From assembly GCA_965235115.1 (NCBI GenBank), contig OZ249440.1:35838001-35902000 (forward strand): a stretch of DNA of 64,000 nt, in the 5' to 3' direction. Origin of the DNA: Laetmonice hystrix. Taxonomy: Eukaryota. Positions 1-13,106 of the stretch are shown one piece after another; position 1 is the stretch's first letter, and every line of letters begins with the position of its first letter. Position numbers and translations under genes: made by a program. Under the pieces are notes generated by a model that worked only from the letters and a program-made list of their open reading frames with translations, was not told the origin of the DNA and did no database searches.

Positions 1-309
1 TGTGAGTTTTTCCATGACTTGGTGAATTTCCCCACCAACACCCTTGACGATGTTAAAATCTGGGCGTTCAGGACAAGGACAGAGTGGTTTGATTTTATGT
101 GCTAATTCCTTTGACATGACACTTATATTTGCTCCTGAATCCACAAGTGCCCACACGTGAAACTGTCCTATACGAACTTGTAATTGATTTTGATGAACCC
201 TTATATCTGCTACTGACACTTCTGGAGCATCCCTGTTACTCACACTAGTTGGTGACAACTCATTAATACGACTTTGCCTGGCCAGATCTCTCTGAGCAGG
301 CGCGAATCC
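1..309 (-). CDS. pol: Start of Pol (aspartic protease) of element A, in frame after the gag TAG; runs off the window
   Basis: Manual translation has no stops from 309 to 1 and contains ALVDSGANISV and the flap-like KGVGG. Confidence 0.85.
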
Positions 310-1470
310 CTAGAATTGGGTATTGTGGAACCTATTACCACTACGATTGGCATGCCCAGTAACCTGCTGTTGTGACTGATCTGACAGCCTTTTCTTACAC
401 ACCTTGGCCCAGTGATTTACCTTGTGACAATACGAGCATACAGAACCATAAGCCCTACAGTTAACCCTGTTCTGGCACTCACCTCCACAACCTCCGCATG
501 ATTGATGTTGGCGCAAAGGTTGTTGGTAGTTGTGTTGGCGCTGCCCACGATGATGCTGTTGTCCCATATGGTAACTCTGTCGAGCACGGTACTGCTGTGG
601 GTTACCATAACGTGGTTGTTGTTGGTAGTGCTGTGGCGGTGGGTGATAATATGGTTGTTGCCCATGTTGTTGCTGAGGGTGGTTGTTGTCGTGTCCTTCA
701 AACTGTTGTTCTGGATAAAGCTGACTTGTCTGTCCACGGTTGGTGGCCATCACTTGAGCTTCTAGGCTTGCAATGGTGGAGTTTTGCTTCACCAGCATCT
801 CCATTAGTTGCTGGTACTGGCTGGCGTCGATACCAGCAGTCGAGCTGGCTTGGACATCACCTTTTCCTACTGGAGTGTCCAGGATTTCAGTCATCGTCTT
901 TGGTGTCCCCGGTATGAGTGCTCGTACGTTAGGCAGGAGGTTGTTTAACACTATGGGCACCAACTGGTCATCCGTCAAGCCAATTCTGTTTCCTTCCCGT
1001 CTGACCTCTTTAATGAAGGAACGCACATCTTCATTTGACCGCTGGGATCTTGACCGTAGAGCGTTCTCCAATTCCCAGCGTTTTGCGGCTTTGGGGCGGT
1101 ATTCTTCCAGAAATGCGTCAGTCAGATTCTTGTAATTTAATTTGGTGTCTTCTGGGAGATGAACATACCATTCTGACGATACGTCGGCACTGAAATACAT
1201 GGGTAACGTAGCTGCAAGCTTCTCTGGAGCCGTCCATCCTTTACCCTGGGCAATAATTTGGAACTGAACTAGCCAGGCCTTGGCATTCATGCCCTCAGTG
1301 AACGTTTCCAGTCTATCTGGCGTCTCCAGTGCCTTCATTTTTTCCGTTAAAGTGTTAATTGATGCCTCCATGTTGGCTTGGTCCTGACCGATTCTGTGAC
1401 TGATACCTGAACGTAAATTGTGTGCCGGGCCGAGCGTGAGTTGAGAGGTAGAGCGTGTGGATCTGCTCAT
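310..1470 (-). CDS. gag: Ty3/Gypsy Gag (element A)
   Basis: Capsid-like helical region, Q/H-rich linker and CCHC knuckle CSYCHKVNHWAKVC near the C-terminus. Confidence 0.85.
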   Translation of the reverse strand: MSRSTRSTSQLTLGPAHNLRSGISHRIGQDQANMEASINTLTEKMKALETPDRLETFTEGMNAKAWLVQFQIIAQGKGWTAPEKLAATLPMYFSADVSSEWYVHLPEDTKLNYKNLTDAFLEEYRPKAAKRWELENALRSRSQRSNEDVRSFIKEVRREGNRIGLTDDQLVPIVLNNLLPNVRALIPGTPKTMTEILDTPVGKGDVQASSTAGIDASQYQQLMEMLVKQNSTIASLEAQVMATNRGQTSQLYPEQQFEGHDNNHPQQQHGQQPYYHPPPQHYQQQPRYGNPQQYRARQSYHMGQQHHRGQRQHNYQQPLRQHQSCGGCGGECQNRVNCRAYGSVCSYCHKVNHWAKVCKKRLSDQSQQQVTGHANRSGNRFHNTQF

Positions 1471-1614
1471 AGAGCTGAGTGACTGAGAGAATCAGTAGAG
1501 TGAAACCAAATTTGAAATAATATTTTTTGGAAAAAATATTTCTGAACCACGTGGTTGTAATGGCGGATGTGTTATGGTACAAACGAGGATAGACCTCGGG
1601 TTCTCACACCAATT

Positions 1615-2208
1615 TGGTATTACTGATTTAGTATTTTTCCACCAATTTAGTATTTCTACTTTGCAACTTAGGGATCCTATATTTTGTATTAGATTGTGAT
1701 GAAACGATTGGTTTGTAAACTAGGGGAGTGATAACTAGCTAGGTAAACGTAAATACATTATCCTTAAGGGAAAGAAAAGAGAAGATTGATTTATGATTAC
1801 AAAGAACATCCGTAGTATTTATTATAAAAGATATAAATGATGATGATGGCCGACGGCCGAACCACGTGGCCAGGCCACTACACAAGTTGGGGTTTTGCCA
1901 GATGGCACATCCGGCACCCCGTCCACACTAGACACAGACATAATACAGATTACAAAAGAGAGTAGGTAAGAAAGATCAGTTGGCACCGGCACAACAAAAA
2001 CCTTTTGGGTCACTCACCGATGGTCAAGGTACACGTGTGTGGTAAAGTTCAGAACACTCCTGGTTAAAATCCGTGTTCACATAACATAGTAGTTCACATC
2101 CTGAGTATATAGTTGTGGTTGAGACACACGTGAGATTTGAATAGTCCACTGTTCACATCACAATGTCCGAATGATAATTGAAACTGAGTTGTCCACATGG
2201 TGACTGAG

Positions 2209-2244
<36 letters not shown>

Positions 2245-2788
2245 AGGTGTGGGGTTTATATACCCCGGGTGCTGCACCCACGCCCTGGAGGGGTTTTGAT
2301 TGGATGCCAACTAATGACCACTAATTAATCACCTACTCCTTCATGTTGGATAAAACAATAGTATCCACTACCATAATGATATAAATTTATAAGTATGTAT
2401 TTTACAGATAAAAGGTAAACCGTTATTTTATATATATTCTTTTAAACCACACCGGACATTCATTAACTCCTGACCACAACCTGGAATGCAGGGTGGCCGC
2501 CATGTTGTCTTCCTCCTGACTCACTATAACCATTTGTGTATTGCATAAACCTTATTGAAACGATCCGTATGACTAAATAAATGAGAGGCTCAAAATATAT
2601 TATTTCCACTATGTGGGGTTACAAAAGAAATATCTAAAGAAAGTTAAAGTACATTAATATATATCCGACTTAATTAATCCGGTTGAGGTGACCTAGATAT
2701 GTGAGTCACCAGTGGTCAGTGGCCATATAGGTCAAGCTGGTAGTCACAGTGATGCTGGGGTGGAAGTGGGGTTATTATTAGCCTACCA
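1615..2788 (-). mobile_element. Probable 5' LTR of Gypsy element A
   Basis: TGGTA...TACCA termini; PBS-like TGGTGTGAGAACCCGAGG immediately internal (about 1594-1611); minus-strand TATATAAA at about 2255-2262 with CCAAT upstream; (AG)n at about 2213-2240. Partner LTR is not in the window. Confidence 0.5.
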
Positions 2789-2796
2789 AATATATC

Positions 2797-3052
2797 AAAA
2801 TCGGCCGCCGCTCGAAATCGGCCGCGCGTAAGTTACGGGCGGCCATACTCGCCAAGGGCCTAGGGCTAGGCGGTTAAGGTTAAGGTTTGGCCTAGGCCAG
2901 GGTTAGTGTTAGTAGGGTTAAGGTTAAGGTTTGGCCTAGGGTTAGTGATAGTTTAGTCCCGTGGGCGGCTCCGCCAGCGGAGCCCCCGCGTGCTATGCCC
3001 GATCGTAGGTTATTACGGGCAGCCGATTTCGAGCGGCGGCCGATTTCGAGCG
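2797..3052. mobile_element. MITE with TIRs and internal GGTTAG-like repeats
   Basis: aaatcggccgccgctcgaaatcggc at the left end is the inverted complement of gccgatttcgagcggcggccgattt at the right end. Confidence 0.65.
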
Positions 3053-3270
3053 AGGTCACCTGTTCGGTGGACGATAATAGGGATATTTTATCATTCGGCG
3101 CATAAACATCTACAAAATAGCTTCAAAATTTCTTGCTATAAAACTTCCATGTTATTGTCTTCATGCTTATTTTCTGTTATAGGTTCAAATTTCCCCCCAT
3201 ATATCTAAATTTATACCACTCTCCTAGATAATATTATAGAAGCCTAAGTTTTCAGGTGAACCATAACGTT

Positions 3271-3770
3271 GAATGCCAGTGAAAACGTCCCCATGCAAGG
3301 ACGTCCCTAAGTGAAAACGTCCCCAGCCACCACCGGTCATATGTCCGCCCCTCGGCATGCTCCCGCTGATCCACTGGTTGGAAAATGTATTCCATGAAAA
3401 GAATGATTTTACTTTGGGCCGTACTTTGTACTTTCGAAGGCCGATGTCATGAAATGTGTTCCGCGAGGAGGGAGGGCTTGGATATGCCGGGAACACGGGC
3501 GGCAGGGTGGGGCGGACATGACCGGGCGGATTTTGCGAGACTGGGGTGGACATGTTGGGCATTCTCTCAATCTAATAATAGTAATATAACTTTATAAGGC
3601 CTGTAACAAGGTATCACACTTACATGTAACAAACAATTCACAAATAGAGTCTATGATATATAGGAACAATACATAGGCCTAATCATGCCAATGGGGACGT
3701 TTCACCTTGGGGACGTTTTCACTTAGGCAGGGACGTCTTTGGTTGGGGACGTTTTTACCTGACAGTGACA
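3271..3770. mobile_element. MULE-type MITE
   Basis: Flanked by the direct repeat CCATAACGTT (3261-3270 and 3771-3780); subterminal aaaacgtcccc / ggggacgtttt inverted motifs. Confidence 0.6.
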
Positions 3771-6440
3771 CCATAACGTTAGCGAAGACGGAAGACGGAC
3801 GGAACGGCTCCGCTGTGTCTAAAAATGAAACGTGTTATTGAAATATTTTTCCACAGGTAAACAACATCACTTACTTGTCTCTTGGAACACAAGGGGAACG
3901 CCCACGGTAGAGTATATCCACAGAACTATAGCTATAGTTCTGTAGTATGTCCTTCGTTCGGTCAGTTGGACTGTTGTGAGAGGTCGACACGACTACAGAC
4001 GGGTCAAGTGACTCGTAGACACGTGACTCAATCCCAGGGCCGGTTTGTGACGTCAGCAGTTCTAAGTAGGTCAAGGAATCCCCAATGTGGGCTGCTGTAA
4101 AGTGTGGATTGTCCTTTCGCGCAGCCGAAACGACATGATTAATCTTTTTATTTCATACACTAAAATTTGTGGCGGGAATAGAGGTGCAATCGTGTAACAG
4201 AAATAAAAATGCATTCATAATGCACCATGTCCGTGGTGTCTAGCCTACCCTAACTGCCCCCCCACACCCATCCAAAAAGGTAGGCTACCCCAAAAAATCC
4301 CTTATAATTAGCACTTTATGCCTATGCAAAATTTCTTCATTAATGTAGGCCTATGAGAAAGTCTATAGGTCTTAATGGCTCTAATTAGCAATAATTATGC
4401 ATGGGTTTAATTAGCAATATGGGCCCATCCCTGGACAGAACCTGCCCTATCACTAATATCACCCACGTACACCCATGTACGGGCAGCCTATAGGCCTATT
4501 AAATTTCTGGGGGGGGGGGGGGGGGGATTGAGTGAGTGGGGGAGTGAGTGGGGGAGTGAGTGAGTGAGAGGGGGCGACAGACCTAGGTTCGAAAAGGCAC
4601 CCTGATCACAATTAAGCCTCATGAATTCACACCCATAGAAAGGGCACCTGCTCGTAAAAAAGTACATCGTCAGTGATAACTTAAACCCCACGAAATTTGG
4701 TTGAAAGTAAATCCCACAAAATTTGGTTGAAAGTAAACCCCACAAAATTTGGTTGAAGGTAAAGATAGATAGGTCTATCCCTAATATCTAATATTAACCT
4801 ATCCTATCCCTGACCTTAACTCGAACCCCTGTCTAGAAATGCTGTGTGGAAGTTACCATAACCCTATAAGAAAGGGCACTTCGCGCCAGTAGGCTATTAT
4901 GGGGGGGGGGGGGCGCAGATGCCCCCGCCCCGCCCCGCCCCGCCCCGGGCTCATGCATAACTTGCCATAGGCGCATTGTAGTTTATCTCACCATTCGCCA
5001 GGTGTCACTAGTGGTCACGGGCGCAAACCGGAAGTTTCAAATCGGCCTATCTCGTTTCCAATCTGTTTGTGTATGCTAATCTGTGGTATAACGATAAATA
5101 TCTGCCATCTGGCAAGACTAGTAGGAAGGGAAGATGCGTTAAGTTGTTGCCATGAGGGCGAGACGAAGTTCAGACCAGTCAAATGGGAATTTCCGTGGAG
5201 GGCAGCATGCTGAATGGCATTGAATGGGAATTGGTCACAATTATAGTAACGAGACAATAGGACGTCTGACATCAGTGTCTATTCCCCACGATTGCTACCC
5301 TTCAGGAGAGTGGGATGTGGGCCGCTTGTGGGGTTTATGTTTAAGGTTATCCGGCGGACTAGTCCATGTCATAATCATGCATGCCAAGTTCAGTTTCTAA
5401 ACGGTGTCTTACCGTCCTGTCAAAGCTGACCGCTAAGACCCTCATTTTCAGCATGTGAGAACAACTTGGCATTAATACTGCGGTAAAAACAAGAAAACTG
5501 CTCGGCAAACTGAAGGGGGAACACGTCCCTCTGTGCCCTCCGAATCAAAGAGTGGCAGGCATTTCTAACAATGGTTAAATGACCATAAATAGGATGCCAA
5601 TTAAAAACGTATACAAAGTCGTACAGCTTGCTCGGGCTACAATCAATGCAGGTCTTAACTACTTTTTTTCACACACATTTTCAACCTCATGTCATAAAAT
5701 CTGTCAGACAGCTTTGTAGGGGAAGATGGGGTATAGGGCCTAACGGCCACCCTATCTTTGGCACGAGATATTTTGGAGTGAAATCCATTATAATTAAACA
5801 AATCAATTGCCCAATTAAACTTAACTTTATTCTCTCTACCAACGTTTAATTAGCCAGACAAATCAGGCCACGCATAAAACCACAATACAGAAAAAGAAAA
5901 TCTGGTGGTAATGGTGGGCTGGGTGGGCTGTACACTGGGCTGGGTACAACGATGCCCCCAGTGGTGTAGTAGTGACAAGTAGTGACATAGTCTTTCTTGG
6001 CTGACCTTTTCGGTCATAAATGGTCTGGTTTAATCCCTGCCAGAAAAAGAAAAAAGGAAAAAAAGAAGAAAACATGCAGAAACAAGACTGTTTTTGAATA
6101 ATGAAATGTATAGGCCTCTACACATGTATGGCCACTATTTTTTCCTTCAATTAACAAAAAGCTATGCGAAACGTGATCAAATACAGTGCTGTCAATTAAT
6201 CGTGCGACTGTATAGGCCTATGCAACAGTTCATAAAGGAGCATGGAGGGGGTATTACGCATATTACATTGAAGGGGGGGGGGGGTCGGGGGGGGGGGGGT
6301 TATAAAACCTTACAGGTAGTGGATGTGTTGGAAATTGAATAAAATAGTGTTACATAATTTATGGACTTCTACTATATAGCTATAGTTACGTCTCCCCCCA
6401 GCTGGGGGAGACGTTTTGTTTTGCACGCTGTTTCTGACCG

Positions 6441-6487
<47 letters not shown>

Positions 6488-7463
6488 TGTTTCTTTTATT
6501 TTCTTCTTTTTGGAATAACTCGGCCACTGTTAGAGAGGGAGTTATCAAATTTGAAATGGCCCGACAGAACCTTCTGAAAAATCTTTGTTTCTACTTATAG
6601 TGCCATTTGACCTTTGACCTCTTCTGTGGCACGAATGTGCCAACTTGTGCTGTGATCACGATAACGCGAGAAAAATAGCCTGAATCGATCCAAAATTGGT
6701 ATGTCGGCCTTCTTTCATCCGGGGCTTGGACAAGTTCGAAAACCAGTTTGGTTGACCCAGAACTTTCAAGATGGCGGCTGATCTAAAAAAAATGGCACGT
6801 GCCATTTTTTTGCCAAAGCCATAACTCGGAAAATACTGGCTGGAATAACATCAAATTTGGTCAGCAGGGTCATCTATGTGCCAAATTTAGATTTCCCGGA
6901 GGACACGTTCCTGTGACCCCAGATGACCTCTGTGTGACCTTCAACATTTTCGAAGTGGTTGGGCGCTTACTTGACGTCAGCTCAAAAACTACCGGGGCTA
7001 GAAAGTCCTAATTTGGGGAAAAGACAACTGTGGATATTTTCTCGGGATTTTGCTATTTTTAGCACTTCATGACCTTTGACCTCAGTACCGTGCCAACCTT
7101 AGAGAAGCCTTTTATATATCCCAAACCCCTGACCGTATCTTTATGAAACTTGGTGGAGAAGAATCTCCAGGTCTTTCCCTACAACCGCTACATTAAGTGT
7201 TTTTCTCTACAGTTAATAGTTTCCGACTTATGCGGCTTACACAGCGCGTAAACAACTTGTTTCTGATTGGCTGTATGCTAATGAATATCCAGAACTAGCG
7301 TGGGAAAAAAATTCGCCAGCGGGCCCGCTCCCAGTCACTGGCCTGTGCGCCTGTTCTCAGCCGTTGTCCCTAGCAACTCCCGCCAATCCCCAGTCAGGCG
7401 TCCTTCTCAGCCGTGGTAACTCCCCACCAAACCCCTACACGGGCCGGCCGCCCGTCCCCCACC

Positions 7464-7701
7464 TATGGAATACCGGCGACGACATGCGAGATGCGAGACA
7501 GTGTGTTTGGGTTAGGGTAAAGGTTAGGCCTACGGTTAGTGTTAGTTTTCACTTTAGCCCCAAAATTATTGTTAAATAGGCACTAATTGAGCAGTGGATC
7601 GTGATGTCGGTGTCAATAAGAAACATTCTATGTGCTAAATTGACAGTGTTCGGTTCCATGTCGCTTCTCGCATCTCGCATGTCGTCGCCGGTATTTCCAT
7701 A
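7464..7701. mobile_element. MITE with about 35-bp TIRs
   Basis: tatggaataccggcgacgacatgcgagatgcgaga and tctcgcatctcgcatgtcgtcgccggtatttccata. Confidence 0.75.
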
Positions 7702-7840
7702 CCCCACCACCGCAGATCCCACAACTGAGTTACATAACACTTCCACGCTCCACCAACAACCACCAACTCCTTTACCACAGCCAGCACATCGCACACACAC
7801 ACCCACACACCCCTACCCACATACATACATACCTTATCGT

Positions 7841-8565
7841 CATCGGTATTTTCAGCTAGCAGTAACTTGGCAATAGAGCCAGATAGGCCCATAGTTACTA
7901 TTGAAGACAGATAGGAGTCATATATGGCCTTTAAAATTACACCATTTCTAATTAGGTCACGTGACCCTACGTGACTCTATGACGTCATCAGTATTTTCAA
8001 TTAGCAGTAACTTGGAAATAGAGCCAGATAGGCCCATAGTTACTATTGAAGACAGATAGGAAGTCATTATGGCCTTTAAAATGACACAATTTTTAATTAG
8101 GTCACGTGACCCTACGTGACTCTATGACATCATCGGTATTTTCAATTAGCAATAACTTGGAAACAGAGCCAGATAGGCCCATAGTTACTATTGTAGACAG
8201 ATAGGAAGTCATATATGGCCTTTCAAATGACACCATTTTTAATTAGGTCATGTGACCATATATGGCTGTATGACGTCATCAGTGTTTTCAGCTGGCAGTA
8301 ACTTGGAAAAAGAGCCAGATAGGCCCATACGTACTAGTGATACCCATAGGAAGTCATATATGGCCTTTCAAATGACACCATTTTTAGTTAGGTCACGTGA
8401 CCCTACGTTGCCCTATGACGTCATTGGTATTTTAAGATGGCTGTAACTTAGAAACAGAGCCAGATGGGTCCATGGTTCCTATTAAACTCATATGGAAAAT
8501 CATATATGAGTTTTCAATTTACGTCAATTTAAATGCTGTCACGTGACCCCATCTGGCTTAATGAC
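7841..8565. repeat. Tandem array of about 145-bp units (about 5 copies)
   Basis: Unit starts at 7841, 7986, 8131, 8277 and 8422. Confidence 0.9.
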
Positions 8566-9510
8566 CCTTTTTAGGTAATTTTCAACCAAAGATTAGTGAT
8601 ATCTCGAAAACGGTTAAAGATATCAATGTCTGGGTTTCACCTTTGGGTTTAGCATAAAAAACTTGACCCATCCTCAGCGAATTTGAAAAATCCAAGATGG
8701 CGGCCAAGTTGACCTAATTTCCAATTTCAGCACCATTGGATTGGGTAATAGGTCCACTATCTCTGACACCGAGATGGCTCCCCTAAATTCGATAGTTTCC
8801 ATCTTATGGCCCCTCAAAGTTGGCCCTTTTAGGTTATTTTCAACCAAACATCAGTGATACCTCGAAAACGGTTAAAGATATCAATGTCTGGTTTTGACCA
8901 TTGGGTTTGGGATGAAAACCTTGAGCCATTTTCCCTGAATTTGAAAAATCCAAGATGGCGGCCAAGTTGACCTAATTTCCGATTTTAACACCATTGGATT
9001 GGGTAATAGGTCAGCTGTCTCTGACACCGAGATGGCTCCCCTAAAATCAATAGTTTCCAAGTTATGGCTCTTCAAAGTTGGCCCTTTTAGGTCATTTTTA
9101 ACCAAAAATCAGTGATATCTCTAAAACGGTTAAAGATATCAACGTCTGGTTTTCACCATTGGGGTTAGGATGGAAAACTTGACCCATTTAAACTGAATTT
9201 GAAAAATCCAAGATGGCGGCCAAGTTGACCTAATTTCCGATTTTAAAACCATTGGATTGGGTAATGGGTCAGCTGTCTCTGACACCGAGATGGCTCCCCT
9301 AAAATCAATAGTTTCCAAATTATGGCTCTTCAAAGTTGGCCCTTTTAGGTAATTTTCAACCCAAAATCAGTGATATCTCTAAAACGGTTAAAGATATCAA
9401 CGTCTGGTTTTCACCATTGGGGTTAGGATGGAAAACTTGACCCATTTGAACAGAATTTGAAAAATCCAAGATGGCGGCCAAGTTGACCTAATTTCCGATT
9501 TTAACACCAT
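8566..9510. repeat. Tandem array of about 258-bp units (about 3.7 copies)
   Basis: aaaacggttaaagatatcaa recurs at 8607, 8865, 9123 and 9381. Confidence 0.9.
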
Positions 9511-11459
9511 TGACTGGTGAATGGGATACCTGTGCCCTGGGCACCTCGCAACTAGTTAATCTTTTCTTTCGCATAGAAAATCTGCCATAGCTATATCATT
9601 GCTTTTGCAACACACTACTTTCATACTAATTAGTCCTCTCTCAAAAATTATATGATGTCATTACTTTAAAAAAGGGGAGACGTCCTGTTCGGACTGAACA
9701 ATTTCTAGTTTAACTATCTCATGCAAATATTTCAAACGATTTCATAGAGCAACATTTGATGGAGACACTTTCTGTTATATAGGCCCATGGGGAATAATGG
9801 ACCCCTGGGTCATTATAACCCAACGATGGGGGGGGGGGGGGCGTTCCTATTGTATGCCATATACAGTTCTATGAAAAAACTACCACTGTCACTGTGCAGC
9901 ACCAATAGGCCTACTGGTGATATAATTCCCTTAGATAGTCTGAGTCAGACATTGACGTGTAAGCTAACATAGAGAGCCCTCTATTAAGTAAGTCATTTTA
10001 CTTGAAATCAACAATACTGTACACTACCTACCATAGATCAGAGGGCTGTATAATATTATTATATATTTCGCTGTCACTGTACGAGTGTCGTGTGCGTCGC
10101 TTCCCAAAAACGTACCAGAGTGTCAGACATATTTTCCTACGGTATCACCGGATCAATAAGCTCCGGCGTTTACCGGCAGATGGCAGCAGCTCTTATAGCG
10201 AGAAATATGGGGGTGACCGTTATACCCGAGTGGACCATTATAACCCCCCTTCCCCTATTAAACTCCGAAGGTTCCATTTTGAAACCCATTAAAAACAACA
10301 CCCTGTTTAAAAAAAAAAAAGATTTCTTGTTAAATATTATGCCAGTTTAAATCCAATAGGTAATAATTATTAGTGCCGTTCTCTGCCACCTGATGTAGTG
10401 GCCGTCCCACGCCGGTTTATCTTAATCTGATGCATTTTGGAGGTCTTATTTCCAACCATTCTCTGGTGAGTTTTTAAAATTTAGACAGGTTTTACCCCCC
10501 CCCCCACCCCCTACATATGAATTATAAGATCTCAACGGATTTGCACCAATCACAGAGGGGTAACATTTTGATACAAAAAATCCGGAAAAATCACAGGCCT
10601 GCAGGAGAGAAATTTATTTCTATGCCTAGACTAGAGCCCACGCCCTAGTATATGCCTACAAGATTGGCAGCATGCTTGCAATTTATAGTTTTGGCTTAGC
10701 CTTAGGTGCACCAGTTTCAAAAGCGGACTGGGCCTTTCAAATGATTAGGCTACATCTTTTCCCTTTTCTCTGCAAAATATGGCATAATGAAATGTGCAGG
10801 TTTGCTGAAAGCATGGACGTTGTGACCCGGCAGCATGGACGTTGTTTAGACGTTCTGACTCGTGGACGTTGACCAGGGAGACAACCCCTGCAGGCATACG
10901 TAGAACTGTTTCACTGTACTACCGCTAGGAGGCCGGGGTGGTGTCCCCTGGCGGCGGATGGAGTGAGCCGCGTAACAGTGCTCCAGGCATACGGGGTTAG
11001 AATTCGGATTTTACCACAACCCTAGAGGGAATCCCCCCCGGCCAGACTTCCGGCCGCTTACGGAACGGGTCAGTGAGCGGGAGCAAGCAGCATGAATCCC
11101 GAAAGTTTACGATTGTGGGAGAAACTGATTCCGCCAACATACATTCGGCAAGGGGCCCAAGCAAGGCGCACTCACGAAAACTTTATTCGCCATCTTCTCG
11201 AGCAGGTAAGCCATTGACAGTGTTATTGTCAATCTCATCAGAGATTGCCGTCGGCAGCAGAGCTAGAGGCGGCACGGCCCAGATATTCATATTGTAGGTA
11301 TGACAGAAAATTAGAAAAAAAAGAAATTGACTAAAAATAGCTGATATTATTGTTAATGGAAAGAGTAGGATGAGAGCTTACCAATGACACTTCAATCACT
11401 GCAGTTGCTTCATAAATAACGAAGTTATGGTTAATTAATGATCGCCAATTACTTGAATT

Positions 11460-12345
11460 TAGGGTAAGGCGGGGTAAGAGCCCCCCCCCCCTAAGGGAAA
11501 TCACAAAAATGTATGGGTTACCGTTATAATTGCAACTTTTATTTGATATTTTGCCAAAAATCTTTCATTGGCATCCTCTTAAACCGTCATTGAATAAAAT
11601 GTGTCTAAACTATCTTCACAGGACGCAATTTAAAAAAATTAAAGATGAGGACCTTTTACCCCTCAGCTGGGGTAAAGGGCCTGTAGGGCCTTTTACCCCT
11701 TGAACATGGGGGGCCTCTTACCCCCGTGCAAGTGAATTTCCTATCTGCATAATTACATTTCAACAGAGAAGACAAAACAAGAGAAGCTTATTTATATTTT
11801 ATGATTTATTCAAGAGACTGAATGCTGTTTTCAAATGAAAATCATAAAGGAAAGAATTCATGTCCAATATATTTGCAATGATTTCTTTCAAAATATTGAA
11901 GAACGTGTAATGAATACCACATAATGTCATCAAAAGTACATAAACTAGGCCGGCCTTCATGATCGAGAGTTACACGAACTACCGCCGTAGATCTACCTCA
12001 AATCTACAAGTAGGCCGATTTGAGACTAACATCAACTTCAAGAACACTGAACTCAGACTGCCCATACATGATGTCCATGATGGACATAAGACAAGGCTCT
12101 GTTATGCGTCATGTTTACAAGTCGTCGTCTGATTCACAATTCTGGCACACATAGTATGCGTCAGCAGGTGTGCACTCTTCATGTGCCCAGTGCTTACAAT
12201 CGAAGCACTGGACCCATTGCTCACTTTGTCCTGTTCTTCTGTGTGTTGTCTCTTTTCTTTCCATTCCCGGCTTTCTTCTCAGGTTTCTTCTTGGACTTCT
12301 CTGTTTTCTTATGCCATGTGTTAACAGGCTGCGTGTTATGCCGGG
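11460..12345 (-). pseudogene. 3' end of a pogo/Tc1-mariner-like transposon (K-rich stretch plus PHD-finger C-terminus)
   Basis: Manual minus-strand translation WVQCFDCKHWAHEECTPADAYYVCQNCESDDDL*; ggggtaa/ttacccc terminal motifs near 11460-11730. Confidence 0.55.
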
Positions 12346-13106
12346 AAGCTAGATCTGTTATTTTATTATAACTCTAGGTGGCGTCAGTGTACACGTGGAC
12401 TGGTGGTAACTAGAGGTACTACCATTACATCTTTCGTCTATGCCTTTTTTTATGGGGGGAGCATTAGCTTAAGGTTAGGATTATACGATAGGTACCTCGA
12501 CGAAAGGTTGGGATCGTCTTAGTTGATAACATACAGGTTTTATGAAGTTGAACGTCCGTGGTTTATTGTTACTTGGTCACATGGTATATCAACATTTCAC
12601 CCACTCCAGTACGAGGTATAACAAGATAGCAGGGTTACACTGATCAGACATCAGTGTACGCAGGTGGGTAGAACCCCAAAGTTAGAAAAATGTTAAAAGT
12701 TTTTTTTTTTTTTTTTGTTTGTTTGTAGGTTTTTTATTATTTCTCCAAGTTTTACAACAGACCAAATAGCGTGGTAAATAACCAATTGTAAATTAATATT
12801 TATGAAGAAACAATAAGGAGAATGTCTCTCAGCCAGGGAAACCAAAAAGGCTGGTTTTCGTCGACATCCCTCGTTATCCAAGATTTTAATAAATACACTA
12901 TACTAGAAGTCACGAAGGGCTTCAGAAACAACAGTGGAGTAGTACACCGCAATGCAGGGTACTAAGAGAAAATGCGTAAGTAGATAAATGCACATGTAAT
13001 AATTGTGAAGTGTGGGGAAAAATTAGTAAGATTGAGAAAGAAAAGAAAGAAAACGAGGAGCAGGACCTATTTATAGTCAATTATATAAGCAATTTAAATG
13101 GAAATC

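Larger units (their letters stand above)
6382..9710 (+). mobile_element. Helentron-associated (HINE/DINE-1-like) non-autonomous element with nested inserts
   Basis: 5' acgtctcccc with adjacent inverted copy ggggagacgt, followed by a (TCTT)n microsatellite; 3' ggggagacgt, short hairpin gttcggactgaac and CTAGT end. Confidence 0.55.

Noticed and set aside
417..1135. Overlapping and antisense ORFs over gag (likewise over ORF2 and pol)
   Set aside because: Shadow frames of real coding sequence with no motifs
2860..2960. TTAGGG-like repeats as interstitial telomere
   Set aside because: Degenerate and confined within TIR-bounded MITEs (also near 7510)
7841..9510. Regularly spaced repeats as a CRISPR array
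   Set aside because: Whole 145-bp and 258-bp units repeat with no unique spacers, there are no cas genes, and the context is eukaryotic
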